A DNA stretch of 64,000 bases from a virus. How positions within the stretch are numbered: position 1 is the first letter of the stretch; each line of letters starts with the position of its first letter. The DNA lies in the UHGV virus genome UHGV-0026213; one strand, 5' to 3'. The notes below the pieces were generated by a model that saw only the letters and a program-made list of their open reading frames with translations, was not told the DNA's origin and did not search any database. Below are positions 38,749 to 47,806 of the stretch, one piece after another. A program made the translations under genes and the position numbers.

Positions 38749-40736
38749 CGGAACCGGATTATTACTTCGTGATCCCTATAGCCGGGCAATCTAATGCGAT
38801 GAGTTATGGTGAAGGATTGCCTCTACCAGCGACGTTGGACGCTCCCGATCCGCGGATTAAACAGATGGCACGCCGTACGAAGGTAACGCCTAATGGAGCT
38901 GATTGTAAGTATAACGACGTCATTCCAGCGGATCACTGTCTGCACGACGTGCAAGATATGTCCGTATTCTCGCATCCCAATGCCAATTTGGACAAAGGTG
39001 AATACGGATGTGTGGGTCAAGGTCTACACATCGCGAAGCGTCTTCTCCCGTATATTCCTAGCAACGCTGGTATCTTACTAGTACCCTGCGCACGCGGTGG
39101 TTCTGCTTTTACAGGTGGTGCAGAAGGTACCTTCGATGACGCCACAGGAGCCTCTGCGGCGTCATCGGTATGGGGGGTGGAAAAACCGCTTTATAAAGAT
39201 TTAGTTAGCCGGACCAAAAAAGCTCTGGAGGTTAATCCTAAAAATAAACTCCTGGCTGTAGTGTGGATGCAGGGAGAGTATGATCTGACTAAAGTAGGTT
39301 ACGCACAACAACCAGCGCTATTTAACGCTATGGTAGAGCGTTTCCGAACTGATCTCTCTGACCATCTCCCTCAGATGCCCGAGTACGACACCGCCGAAGT
39401 ACCATGGATCTGCGGGGACACTACCTACTATTGGAAGGAAAAATATCCTGCTCAATATGAAACCATATACGGTAATTATCGTAACAATGAACAAAAAAAT
39501 ATCTTTTTTGTTCCATTCATGTACGACGATAATGGCCAACGTGTACCGACTAATGATCCCACTGACGATCCTGATATCGCCGCTGCTGCTTACTACGGTG
39601 CTGCCTCCCGTAGTAATAAAAACTGGACGTCTGAAACAAGGAATAGCCATTTCAGTTCTTGGGCTCGACGCGGTATTATCTCAGAGAGAATAGCTGCTGA
39701 GATATTATCAAGAACAGCGATTGGTGCAATGCTCATGACGAAGAACGACACTAAAGAGCTCAAAGACAATATGAATGTGGTAAGAAGCTATACCCCATTA
39801 GTAGAGTCTGTGGGTTATAACGGACGTCGTGGAGATGGTTCCCTGAAAGGGCAAGGTTGGAACAATACCATTGATTGTAACGTAACCGTGCAAAAATCTG
39901 AGGATGGAAATGGACATTTCGTCGAATTAAGAAAGGCTGTAAGTAACAAACCTTGGAATGTAACCAGGTCAATGGCAACAGCTGCAGACATGATACGTTA
40001 CGGTGGACGTCTGACCGTTACTTTTAGACTAAAAGGTGATTTAGCAGCAAATCGTTTCGGGTTAGGACTTTATTGGCGTATCTCCGCGTCCGACCTACCT
40101 TCTGGTACTACACTTGCTGACGCTAGTGTGGCTGATACGAACCCGTACCTAATGTCTTTTTTCTTACAGACCGACGCTACGAATCTTTATCTGATGCATC
40201 ATAAAAAGCAGAATGTGCAATTAGGAACTTTCGGTGCGTACGATAATAACTGGCATACGCTTGAAATCATTTATCCGGGTGACAATAAAATCAAAGTCAC
40301 GCCTGTGCTTGACGGCAAGAATGGCACTCCATTTGATCTGGCGAACAGTACAGCTAAGACCAATTTGAACGAATTGGTTCTGACAGATATTACGAAAGTT
40401 ATTGCCTACGATATCGATATTTCGAAGTTTGAGATCTCGGTCAATCGTGATTCTGGTAGTATAGTGTTATCTGAGGAAGATGTATCGTCTTATGTGTATT
40501 TCCCAGCCACCAACCGTGGCGGCCAACTTACTATTCCTGATCTAGAATATAGCGTGGGTAGAAATATTCAGATCGTGGCAAATAAGGCTGGTTCGATCAC
40601 CGTTAAACCGGAAAATTCAAACGTTCTCATCACTCCAAAGAGTGGGACGGAAGGTCTTGCCAAACCCATTGAGACCAATGAAAGTATTACGCTAATGCAA
40701 GTTGGCTCCGATGGTAAAAGCTGGGTAGTTATTTAA
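38745..40736 (+). CDS. tailspike/fibre body with SGNH-type esterase (sialate O-acetylesterase-like) domain
   Basis: 663-aa ORF; N-terminal YFVIPIAGQSNAMSYG carries the GQSN nucleophile motif of SASA/SGNH esterases; lacks its own anchor domain in frame. Confidence 0.7.
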   Translation: MTEPDYYFVIPIAGQSNAMSYGEGLPLPATLDAPDPRIKQMARRTKVTPNGADCKYNDVIPADHCLHDVQDMSVFSHPNANLDKGEYGCVGQGLHIAKRLLPYIPSNAGILLVPCARGGSAFTGGAEGTFDDATGASAASSVWGVEKPLYKDLVSRTKKALEVNPKNKLLAVVWMQGEYDLTKVGYAQQPALFNAMVERFRTDLSDHLPQMPEYDTAEVPWICGDTTYYWKEKYPAQYETIYGNYRNNEQKNIFFVPFMYDDNGQRVPTNDPTDDPDIAAAAYYGAASRSNKNWTSETRNSHFSSWARRGIISERIAAEILSRTAIGAMLMTKNDTKELKDNMNVVRSYTPLVESVGYNGRRGDGSLKGQGWNNTIDCNVTVQKSEDGNGHFVELRKAVSNKPWNVTRSMATAADMIRYGGRLTVTFRLKGDLAANRFGLGLYWRISASDLPSGTTLADASVADTNPYLMSFFLQTDATNLYLMHHKKQNVQLGTFGAYDNNWHTLEIIYPGDNKIKVTPVLDGKNGTPFDLANSTAKTNLNELVLTDITKVIAYDIDISKFEISVNRDSGSIVLSEEDVSSYVYFPATNRGGQLTIPDLEYSVGRNIQIVANKAGSITVKPENSNVLITPKSGTEGLAKPIETNESITLMQVGSDGKSWVVI

Positions 40737-40742
40737 TTTAAA

Positions 40743-40786
40743 CCGTAGGATGGACTAAGTCCATCCTACGGTTTTTATATTTTTTC
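40743..40786 (+). terminator. rho-independent terminator
   Basis: CCGTAGGATGG-ACTAAG-TCCATCCTACGG hairpin followed by TTTTTATATTTTTT. Confidence 0.85.
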
Positions 40787-40830
40787 TCAGATATATATTA
40801 CCTAGGAGAGAGTGAAATTTACATTCACTC
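40781..40830 (+). promoter_or_regulatory. conserved promoter-like block plus inverted repeat
   Basis: TTTTTCTCAGATATATATTACCTAGGAGAGAG then GAGTGAA...TTCACTC; same block as at 20841 and 44998. Confidence 0.4.
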
Positions 40831-40859
40831 CATTAGTTATAGCCGAAAAGGAGGATTAG

Positions 40860-41711
40860 ATGTCACACCCGTATTATCTCCCGCACATTCTAGCAAATAG
40901 GGACCCTGGTTATTACTACGAACAAACAAAGGGATTTGTTGAACGACTTTATATTCGTGAATTTAATACCGATGAAATGACTGATGGCCAGTATCTAGAG
41001 TATCTAAAAGACCTTTACGCTTTTTCAAAATCGAATAAAGGTGGGTTTGGACGTTACTCGGTCATTAGAGATGATGAATATCGTCATTTAGCTAAGCCTG
41101 TTACGTACCCTATTGTTACACGCGCTTATACATCGGATAGGCAATATAAAGCTGAGCTAAAATTTCCTTTACGGATAGACGGACCTCAAATTAGCGCTAT
41201 AGAAGTAGAAATTCAACCAATTGCTGAAGACTATATTAGAGACTACTTCAAGAAAGCTAAAGACGTACTCGACGAGGGTTTAAGTTACTCTGAAGAAGGT
41301 ACGATTTGTCTTCTCTCGTTGCTCTCGAAGACTTATGTCACGGCAAATTTCCGTGTCTCTGATTCCAGTAACTACAATACACTTACTCCCTCTAAGACAA
41401 AACCGGTTTATTGGGACGATCGGTTAGTCGACAGACAACGCTGGCTTACTATCTTAGATAAAGTAAAATTCGAACCCCCTAAACACACCGAAGACAACTT
41501 TATTTTATTGGACGACTTCGAACCGATCTATATCCCGACACATTTTGAACAAGCCTTACGTCATCGGTTGAAATATGTGTTGGAATTACGGTACGGAAAG
41601 ATAAACGGACTAACCTGTTCTGGTGAATTGGGAGAAGAAGAACGCGAGAAAATAAAAATCGTGTTTGATGAGTTGGTTGAAGATTACATTAAGAAGGAAG
41701 GGCAATTATGA
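40860..41711 (+). CDS. hypothetical protein (283 aa)
   Basis: ATG after AAAGGAGG; downstream of the conserved promoter block. Confidence 0.6.
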   Translation: MSHPYYLPHILANRDPGYYYEQTKGFVERLYIREFNTDEMTDGQYLEYLKDLYAFSKSNKGGFGRYSVIRDDEYRHLAKPVTYPIVTRAYTSDRQYKAELKFPLRIDGPQISAIEVEIQPIAEDYIRDYFKKAKDVLDEGLSYSEEGTICLLSLLSKTYVTANFRVSDSSNYNTLTPSKTKPVYWDDRLVDRQRWLTILDKVKFEPPKHTEDNFILLDDFEPIYIPTHFEQALRHRLKYVLELRYGKINGLTCSGELGEEEREKIKIVFDELVEDYIKKEGQL

Positions 41712-42151
41712 AACCAAATACTACTAATGGCATTATGTTACTTTGTGATTCTGAAACGTTAGCAAACCGTATTCGTGGTTTGATGCAAGTACGTTGGCAG
41801 CAGAAAGTTCTCGTGGATTACGATGCACCGTTTGTTCACGTTAGTTGGTTGCCAGAATCTAGTGATTTCAAAGAAAGTATAACCACGAGAAGAATTAAAG
41901 AATGGTTATCGGCAATCATTAATAAACAGATTACCGTTATCAATTTCCAGTTGTTCGGTACCGCTGAAGAACATGAAATCTTGAAACAGTGTTTAAAAGC
42001 GTTGGGTCTTGCCTTCTCTGTTCGTGGAAGTTGCTACACGGCTTACTTTATCGGTTCACTTGAACTGTTTAAGAATACGCTAATGCTTCAACTAAAAGAC
42101 GACTACAAACTTTTAGATAAAATCGATTTCGAATTCCCAGGCATGATTTAA
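41708..42151 (+). CDS. hypothetical protein (147 aa)
   Basis: ORF overlapping the upstream stop (ATGA). Confidence 0.55.
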   Translation: MKPNTTNGIMLLCDSETLANRIRGLMQVRWQQKVLVDYDAPFVHVSWLPESSDFKESITTRRIKEWLSAIINKQITVINFQLFGTAEEHEILKQCLKALGLAFSVRGSCYTAYFIGSLELFKNTLMLQLKDDYKLLDKIDFEFPGMI

Positions 42152-42197
42152 AGAATCATCGCTTAATCACCCCACCATTTACCTAAAGGAGCATTAA

Positions 42198-42713
42198 ATG
42201 TCAGTAAATATTAACATGAATCTTTATACTAAACGTGAACGTCAGATTCTGGCGAATCAACCCGGTGTTACGACTATCGACGGTAAACCTATTGACCGTT
42301 TAAAAGTTATCGTTGCGCGAAATTGTCATGAACGCGATTGGGACATTACCTACTTCCGTTGTTGTTCGGTCGCAAATGCGCTTACTCAACTCTCTAACTA
42401 CCACTCAGGACCGCTATTAAAAGACTGGGTTTGGTTAGTGCCTAGAACACCCTCAGCAATTGAGTATCCTTCTGGGTTAGTTTATATTCGTCCTGTCGCT
42501 TACCCAGAGCGTCTGAAAGAGTATCTTGAAGTTATCTGGAACCGTCCTCGTAAAGAGCTGGTGACGATTATTAATTTACTGCAGCAGATCGAAATCCCTG
42601 GTGTTTTGAATTTGAAACTCACGTCTCGCGATATTAACCAGGCTTACTGGGAACTAGAGTGGACTGAACCGAAATTCGAAAACAGTAACCGCATTTTCTT
42701 GCATCGGGGGTAA
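42198..42713 (+). CDS. hypothetical protein (171 aa)
   Basis: ATG after AAAGGAG. Confidence 0.55.
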   Translation: MSVNINMNLYTKRERQILANQPGVTTIDGKPIDRLKVIVARNCHERDWDITYFRCCSVANALTQLSNYHSGPLLKDWVWLVPRTPSAIEYPSGLVYIRPVAYPERLKEYLEVIWNRPRKELVTIINLLQQIEIPGVLNLKLTSRDINQAYWELEWTEPKFENSNRIFLHRG

Positions 42714-42715
42714 AA

Positions 42716-42997
42716 ATGTTAGATTGGTTGTTGGGATTAATTAACTCACGTCAACAGGAGCTTTATAAAGAAAACGCACGGTTACGGCAGGAACTTAGTA
42801 ACAATCGTCAAACCAAACGACAATTAATTCGGATGGTAAAACAACAGGCGCGTTGTATACGGGATATCGATTATCAGTATCACCGTCTGAATACCTTAGA
42901 CCCAACAACAAAAGCTTTAGGTAGTACGATTGGACACGCACGTAAAGTCAGTCACGATGCGTTAGTTCGAATCGATACAGTAGAAGAGAAACTGTGA
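42716..42997 (+). CDS. small coiled-coil protein (93 aa)
   Basis: ORF after GGGGGTAAAA; Q/R/L-rich heptads. Confidence 0.5.
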   Translation: MLDWLLGLINSRQQELYKENARLRQELSNNRQTKRQLIRMVKQQARCIRDIDYQYHRLNTLDPTTKALGSTIGHARKVSHDALVRIDTVEEKL

Positions 42998-43040
42998 TAT
43001 AGCCCCTCTCAGGAAATCCTGAGAGGGGGGAGAAAGAAAG

Positions 43041-43349
43041 ATGCATGGTATTTTGATTATTCTTAAAGCCAAACTATACAAAATTGCCTTTTCTTTGTTT
43101 TACGGCCGTATTGTAGAGGAGGTTGTATCGGAATCCGAACCCCATGAAGAAACAGTGATTCGTTTTGGAAAGGAATACACAGTCATGGTTCGTGATGTTG
43201 TGATAGACGTTTACTCTACCGGGGGAATCTTAAAAGGAAAACCTAAGCGCAGATTGTACGGTAAAAGACTTCCTTACATGAGAGATCATTTAATTCTGGG
43301 CTCGTTACAAGAATTTTTCGATTTAAGAGATAATGCAAGAAGTAAATGA
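43041..43349 (+). CDS. hypothetical protein (102 aa)
   Basis: ATG after GGGGGGAGAAAGAAAG; preceded by a GC hairpin without a T-run. Confidence 0.45.
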   Translation: MHGILIILKAKLYKIAFSLFYGRIVEEVVSESEPHEETVIRFGKEYTVMVRDVVIDVYSTGGILKGKPKRRLYGKRLPYMRDHLILGSLQEFFDLRDNARSK

Positions 43350-43352
43350 AAT

Positions 43353-43718
43353 ATGCTGAACAAAATTAAATATTGGTTAAACGATTCGTTTAAAACCTGG
43401 GCTTGTGGTAAGAATGCCTTAACGGTAGTTAAATCGGGCGATTGGTATACAGAGATTATTACATTAGCAAACGGAGGATTGCAAAACATACAAGTTCGTA
43501 ACGTTGTTGTTAAAATAGGGCGCGAGGGAGGAGCAATCTTCAACTCTGAATACTATCAAGTTTCTGCCCTGGAGTTGAAAAACGGTCCGATTTTATTTAT
43601 CGGTACAGCACAACACCTTTACGATACAGTAGTTAAGTTTAGTGAAAGAGTAAAACGTTTAAATGAATCGCTTAGTAAGTTTATTAAAGAAACTGAACGA
43701 ACTACAGTGGAGATTTAA
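43353..43718 (+). CDS. hypothetical protein, tandem paralogue A
   Basis: Shares W.CGK.....VVK.GDWYTE...NG....I.VR.V.VK.GR.GG..F with the next gene. Confidence 0.55.
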   Translation: MLNKIKYWLNDSFKTWACGKNALTVVKSGDWYTEIITLANGGLQNIQVRNVVVKIGREGGAIFNSEYYQVSALELKNGPILFIGTAQHLYDTVVKFSERVKRLNESLSKFIKETERTTVEI

Positions 43719-43721
43719 AAG

Positions 43722-44108
43722 ATGCGTTTATTTTACTTAAAAAGGCGTTTGTCATTAAAAGCCCAACTGTTTGTTAACGAGAAAGTTAAAAACTGGCTGT
43801 GTGGTAAAAGGGTACAATATGTCGTTAAAGAAGGCGACTGGTATACGGAGGTTGTGACTTCCCCTAACGGTGAACTTATAAACGTTACTATTCGTGACGT
43901 TATGGTTAAGGTTGGTAGGGGAGGCGGTCTGTTATTTGGATCAGAAACTATAAGGGTCGTTGCTAAACAATTGAAAGATGGTCGAGTTATATTCAATGTT
44001 ACCGCCCAGAAATACTACGACAATTTATTCGAGTGTCAACGAGCAATAGACAGAATGACCCGTGAGATGCGAAGAATGCACATTACGGAGATCACTATAG
44101 GAGTTTAA
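43722..44108 (+). CDS. hypothetical protein, tandem paralogue B
   Basis: Adjacent duplicate of the 43353 gene with the same conserved Cys/Trp positions. Confidence 0.55.
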   Translation: MRLFYLKRRLSLKAQLFVNEKVKNWLCGKRVQYVVKEGDWYTEVVTSPNGELINVTIRDVMVKVGRGGGLLFGSETIRVVAKQLKDGRVIFNVTAQKYYDNLFECQRAIDRMTREMRRMHITEITIGV

Positions 44109-44419
44109 TGATGGAAAGTAAAATCACAAACACATCGGTACCTGAGAACATTGTCAACTATATTCTCCGTGGTGGGTTGTTAGAAGACAATAAAGAAACG
44201 TGCGATAAACTCGTTTCTCAACTACTACCTATTCGTTCAGAATACTGCGAAATCGTTATCTTAGGTTCCGAGTATTGCGTACGTTCTTACTGCCGTCGTT
44301 ACGAAGCCTTACGCGTCCCTCGTACGTTAGGTGGCGTGATCTTGCTGATTTCGTCTTTTCAAGACGCTCATGTGCGTGTGGCGACCTGGATTGCCAAAGG
44401 AGGTAACAGTGGTTTTTAA
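44108..44419 (+). CDS. hypothetical protein (103 aa)
   Basis: ORF overlapping the upstream stop; Cys-containing. Confidence 0.5.
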   Translation: MMESKITNTSVPENIVNYILRGGLLEDNKETCDKLVSQLLPIRSEYCEIVILGSEYCVRSYCRRYEALRVPRTLGGVILLISSFQDAHVRVATWIAKGGNSGF

Positions 44420-44717
44420 ATTGCTAGGTTTCGGAAAATGCAAAGCGTGCGCAAAGCACGAAGAATATATCAAGTTATTAGAAGAAACAGTTGAAACGCA
44501 GCAAGAACTTATCTCTGAATACCGTGCGAAAACCGGTTCGGTAGAATATTTGACTGTTCTCGTTTGTGCTATTGCTGAATTGGGTTGTGAGGGGAAATTG
44601 CCTAAAGAGGAGATATTAAAACTATTAAAAGAAAAAACGTCGTTTTACCGTAAAGATATTGAAGACTGTAAACGTGAGATTATAAGAGCGAATTGGGAGA
44701 TTATCAATGAAGCGTGA
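44409..44717 (+). CDS. hypothetical protein (about 103 aa)
   Basis: Track start 44370; GTG at 44409 lies 5 nt after AAAGGAGG and is preferred; contains CKAC...C motif. Confidence 0.5.
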   Translation: MVFKLLGFGKCKACAKHEEYIKLLEETVETQQELISEYRAKTGSVEYLTVLVCAIAELGCEGKLPKEEILKLLKEKTSFYRKDIEDCKREIIRANWEIINEA

Positions 44718-44988
44718 AACGGTTGTATTTCGTAGTAATGGTGATGTGGTTTTGTATCGTGGTAAGAAACGTATTCGTACGTTAGATTATCGCGAAGCAA
44801 AACGTTTCGTTGAAGAGTGTGCGTGGTTAATGCATTACGAAGGGAACTATCGGGCCATCTTAGAAGCACCGCGTTTAGAACGTGCAGTTGCGCAGATGGC
44901 AATAGGTAATCCTAAGAACTGTTACCTGGCACGCAAACCAAAATACCTGCAACGTGTCTCGCTAGGCAGTTTTATTGCGGGATTTTAA
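44707..44988 (+). CDS. hypothetical protein (93 aa)
   Basis: ORF overlapping the upstream 3' end by 11 nt. Confidence 0.5.
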   Translation: MKRETVVFRSNGDVVLYRGKKRIRTLDYREAKRFVEECAWLMHYEGNYRAILEAPRLERAVAQMAIGNPKNCYLARKPKYLQRVSLGSFIAGF

Positions 44989-44997
44989 TAAAAATAA

Positions 44998-45045
44998 TTT
45001 CAGATATATATTACTTAGGTGAGAGTACAAAAGCTCTCACTTAAC
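44998..45045 (+). promoter_or_regulatory. conserved promoter-like block plus perfect inverted repeat (GTGAGAG...CTCTCAC-TTAAC)
   Basis: TTTCAGATATATATTACTTAGGTGAGAGTACAAAAGCTCTCACTTAAC, 24 nt upstream of the ATG at 45069; best-preserved copy of the motif. Confidence 0.45.
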
Positions 45046-45068
45046 GAACCATTTTAGGAGAATATACC

Positions 45069-45335
45069 ATGAACTTCACTAAAGCTGATTATGCTAAAGA
45101 ATTAGTTTCTAAAGAAGATTACAAGTTTACTGTTGAACTAGACTATGTATTAACCGAAGATGAAAAAGATGCGCTGTATAAAGCGTTCCGCAAACACTTC
45201 GGTGCGTTGTTCTTTATGGGTTTCCGTAAAGACTCTATCGATATTGGCTATACTGTCGCAGTACGTACCGATGAGGAAATGTTCAATATGGTGTGCGAAA
45301 TCGTCAGTACCATTACTGCTAAACGTGCGATTTAA
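45069..45335 (+). CDS. small hypothetical protein (88 aa)
   Basis: ATG after TAGGAG; terminator follows. Confidence 0.5.
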   Translation: MNFTKADYAKELVSKEDYKFTVELDYVLTEDEKDALYKAFRKHFGALFFMGFRKDSIDIGYTVAVRTDEEMFNMVCEIVSTITAKRAI

Positions 45336-45358
45336 CTTCAACGTTTAATTACACTACA

Positions 45359-45388
45359 GGGTAAGGGAATCCCTTACCCTATTATTTC
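45359..45388 (+). terminator. rho-independent terminator
   Basis: GGGTAAGGG-AAT-CCCTTACCC hairpin followed by TATTATTT. Confidence 0.7.
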
Positions 45389-45416
45389 GATATGTAAAAC
45401 TAAAAGGAAAATAAAA

Positions 45417-46193
45417 ATGAAAACTGTTGAGTTTAAAAATAGCAGTCTTTGGGCATACTCGCACATCATTACGAGTTTCCTGAAAAACGTTACTTCGCAC
45501 CTCGCTTATCAGTTTTGTGGAAATGAGCTCACTATCGGCGGTTTTAACGAGGAAGAATTAAAACGTGCAAAAGAGTTCATTGACGATGTTCTTCATGGCG
45601 ACGCGACGTGTTTAGTTGCGAGTTACGTTGCTAAAGACAAAGGAAGATTAAACATCATGGCAATCTTCCGGGCGCTCTCCGAAAAAGTATACGAAGTTGA
45701 GAAGGCTAGTCATGGCGTTTATATTGTTTACTTTAAACGTTCAGCGGAGAAAAACGCTGATAAACTTCTGGAGTATTTCGACTGTAACCCAGGGGAAGGT
45801 ATGGATGTCTATACGCTCGGTTATGATGGGGTACCTCACCGGAATAACCTTATTCGAGTTGACGAACCTTTTTCAGTCAATGATAACTCCACGCCTATAG
45901 AGTTGGTTCTGGTTCACAAAGATCGTTTCGCGCATTACGATTCTGATACTATTCAACGTGTCCTGAACAACGTTAATATACAGTTTTCACAAACCGAGCA
46001 CCTGGTACGTGCTTGTGTTAGGTCTAATGGCACAACATCATTTTTCCTGGAACGTCAAATCATTTGGCAGACTTATCTGGCTTTGATGGAAGAACTCGAT
46101 AGGATCGAACCAGTTCAGGTTGGTACAAATTGCTTATATTGGATAAAAACAAAGGGGTTCAAGAATGAAAACACTCAATTCAGATTTGCGTGA
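45417..46193 (+). CDS. hypothetical protein (258 aa)
   Basis: ATG after AAAGGAAAATAAAA. Confidence 0.55.
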   Translation: MKTVEFKNSSLWAYSHIITSFLKNVTSHLAYQFCGNELTIGGFNEEELKRAKEFIDDVLHGDATCLVASYVAKDKGRLNIMAIFRALSEKVYEVEKASHGVYIVYFKRSAEKNADKLLEYFDCNPGEGMDVYTLGYDGVPHRNNLIRVDEPFSVNDNSTPIELVLVHKDRFAHYDSDTIQRVLNNVNIQFSQTEHLVRACVRSNGTTSFFLERQIIWQTYLALMEELDRIEPVQVGTNCLYWIKTKGFKNENTQFRFA

Positions 46194-46593
46194 TTATATC
46201 CGTAAGTACCCGGCCAGTATTCCTGTACTGGCTTCACTTACACTTTCAGGTACTGACGTTAACATCTTAACGGTGGAACAGTTCCACGAGATAATAAAAA
46301 CCGCCTATAACTCCATTACCGCAACGTCAGTACGTAAACGTTGCGATTATCCCGATGGTCCTTTCGGTACAGAGATGTTCACAGACTACGCAGTTGCGTT
46401 TCTGTTAGGGCGACACTGCCTCGATAAGCTTAACACTGCTGTAGAAGGGGAAACAGTGACGGAAATAGTCAATGCTTGGCAGCAACGTATTCTTAATGAC
46501 CCTTACTGTCGCCAAGCGTTAAAACGAATGTCCACAACGGCGATTACAAACGACCAACGTGCTTTAGAGTTCTTTAAGCACAACTACAGCTAA
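46165..46593 (+). CDS. hypothetical protein, paralogue of the 47807-48238 gene
   Basis: Shares R.Y.R..P, TAY, YP.G..G..M and DP...L..MS.T pattern and length (about 142 aa) with the 47807 gene. Confidence 0.5.
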   Translation: MKTLNSDLRDYIRKYPASIPVLASLTLSGTDVNILTVEQFHEIIKTAYNSITATSVRKRCDYPDGPFGTEMFTDYAVAFLLGRHCLDKLNTAVEGETVTEIVNAWQQRILNDPYCRQALKRMSTTAITNDQRALEFFKHNYS

Positions 46594-46615
46594 TTTACCA
46601 AAAAGGAAAAATGAT

Positions 46616-47737
46616 ATGTTTAATATCGAAATTACCCCGCTCGTTAAAACTGAAATCCGTCCGGTTCCCGAAGCACAATTACTCGATCAGCTTTATCATG
46701 TATTCCTGGATAAAGGTGTACATTTCCGTGTAGAGCAGGTCAACGATGAAAGCATCGTGTTCTACTGGACTCACTGCAACGATTATCTTTGCGACACTAT
46801 TGCGGTGGAAATCGGTGAGTTACTCAACCCGGTAGCCGAGAACGCCAAGGTAAAAGCGACCGAGACAGAGCAACCGAAAGTCGAAGAGCAGCAGTGGTCT
46901 ATAAACAATGAAGACTCGTCATACGTAAATCAATATGATGTTGAAACGATCGAGAAAATTAAAGAGGCATTAAATATCCTCTATCCCGATGCCTTATACA
47001 TTAGTCAAGAATACGACATGTTAGCTTTCAGGATGAAGGAATTCGATCCTAAGATCATGAAAGCTATTCGCATCGTCGTTGCTCTGATCGTCAAAGACGC
47101 CGTTCGACTTATTTCGGTTCGTGATATCGGAAAAGAAGACGCAGATGAAATCATGCGTGGTGCTGTTCACGAACACAAGGGGAAAATTCGTGGGTCTAAT
47201 TATGTTGACGGCACGCTAACTGTGCTTGTTGATAATGATCCTGTCGTTATTAAATGGTTCGAAGAACCGTATTCCTTTACTTACACTGGTCCAGAAGCCG
47301 TAGCGATTAATGATACCTTGACAGCTTTCTATCCTACCAAAGTAGAGACTAAACTCGAGGGCGAAAAACTCACCATTAAATGGAAATGGTGGGACGCTGC
47401 TCTTGACGAAGAAATTAGCAACCTCATTAATGAGATTGTTGACAATCGTCTACGTCTTCTGACAATCACTACTATTGGGAAAGAAGATGCCGATACGTTT
47501 ATGCGTGATATCGCTCGTTGGTTTCCTGAGAAAGTCCGTCAGTGGACTTACACAGACAATATACTTACCATTCTACTCAACTATGAACCCGGTATTATCG
47601 GAAAGTTAAAAACTCATCTGCGTGACTTGGCGGGAGCTCGTTTTCTTAAGAATAATGAGCACTCGATCGACGCGATCTTTAGAGAAATATCATCTGGCAT
47701 AGGCTGCGATTGCCCTGCTTGTCAAAAATTTCGTTAA
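46616..47737 (+). CDS. hypothetical protein with internal duplicated module and C-terminal CDCPACQ motif
   Basis: 373 aa; two copies of an I..D..RL....IGKEDAD.FMR...... module; C-terminal GIGCDCPACQKFR suggests a zinc knuckle. Confidence 0.6.
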   Translation: MFNIEITPLVKTEIRPVPEAQLLDQLYHVFLDKGVHFRVEQVNDESIVFYWTHCNDYLCDTIAVEIGELLNPVAENAKVKATETEQPKVEEQQWSINNEDSSYVNQYDVETIEKIKEALNILYPDALYISQEYDMLAFRMKEFDPKIMKAIRIVVALIVKDAVRLISVRDIGKEDADEIMRGAVHEHKGKIRGSNYVDGTLTVLVDNDPVVIKWFEEPYSFTYTGPEAVAINDTLTAFYPTKVETKLEGEKLTIKWKWWDAALDEEISNLINEIVDNRLRLLTITTIGKEDADTFMRDIARWFPEKVRQWTYTDNILTILLNYEPGIIGKLKTHLRDLAGARFLKNNEHSIDAIFREISSGIGCDCPACQKFR

Positions 47738-47806
47738 TTAACTAAAATCGTACAAGGGGTGGTAAACCACCCCTCCATTATTGTAATTACCTAAAGGAGT
47801 ATTAAA

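Noticed and set aside
43001-43030. GC-rich hairpin CCCCTCTCAGG-AAAT-CCTGAGAGGGG
   Set aside because: Not called as a terminator because no T-run follows and it immediately precedes the next RBS; it may be a regulatory or RNA-stability hairpin.
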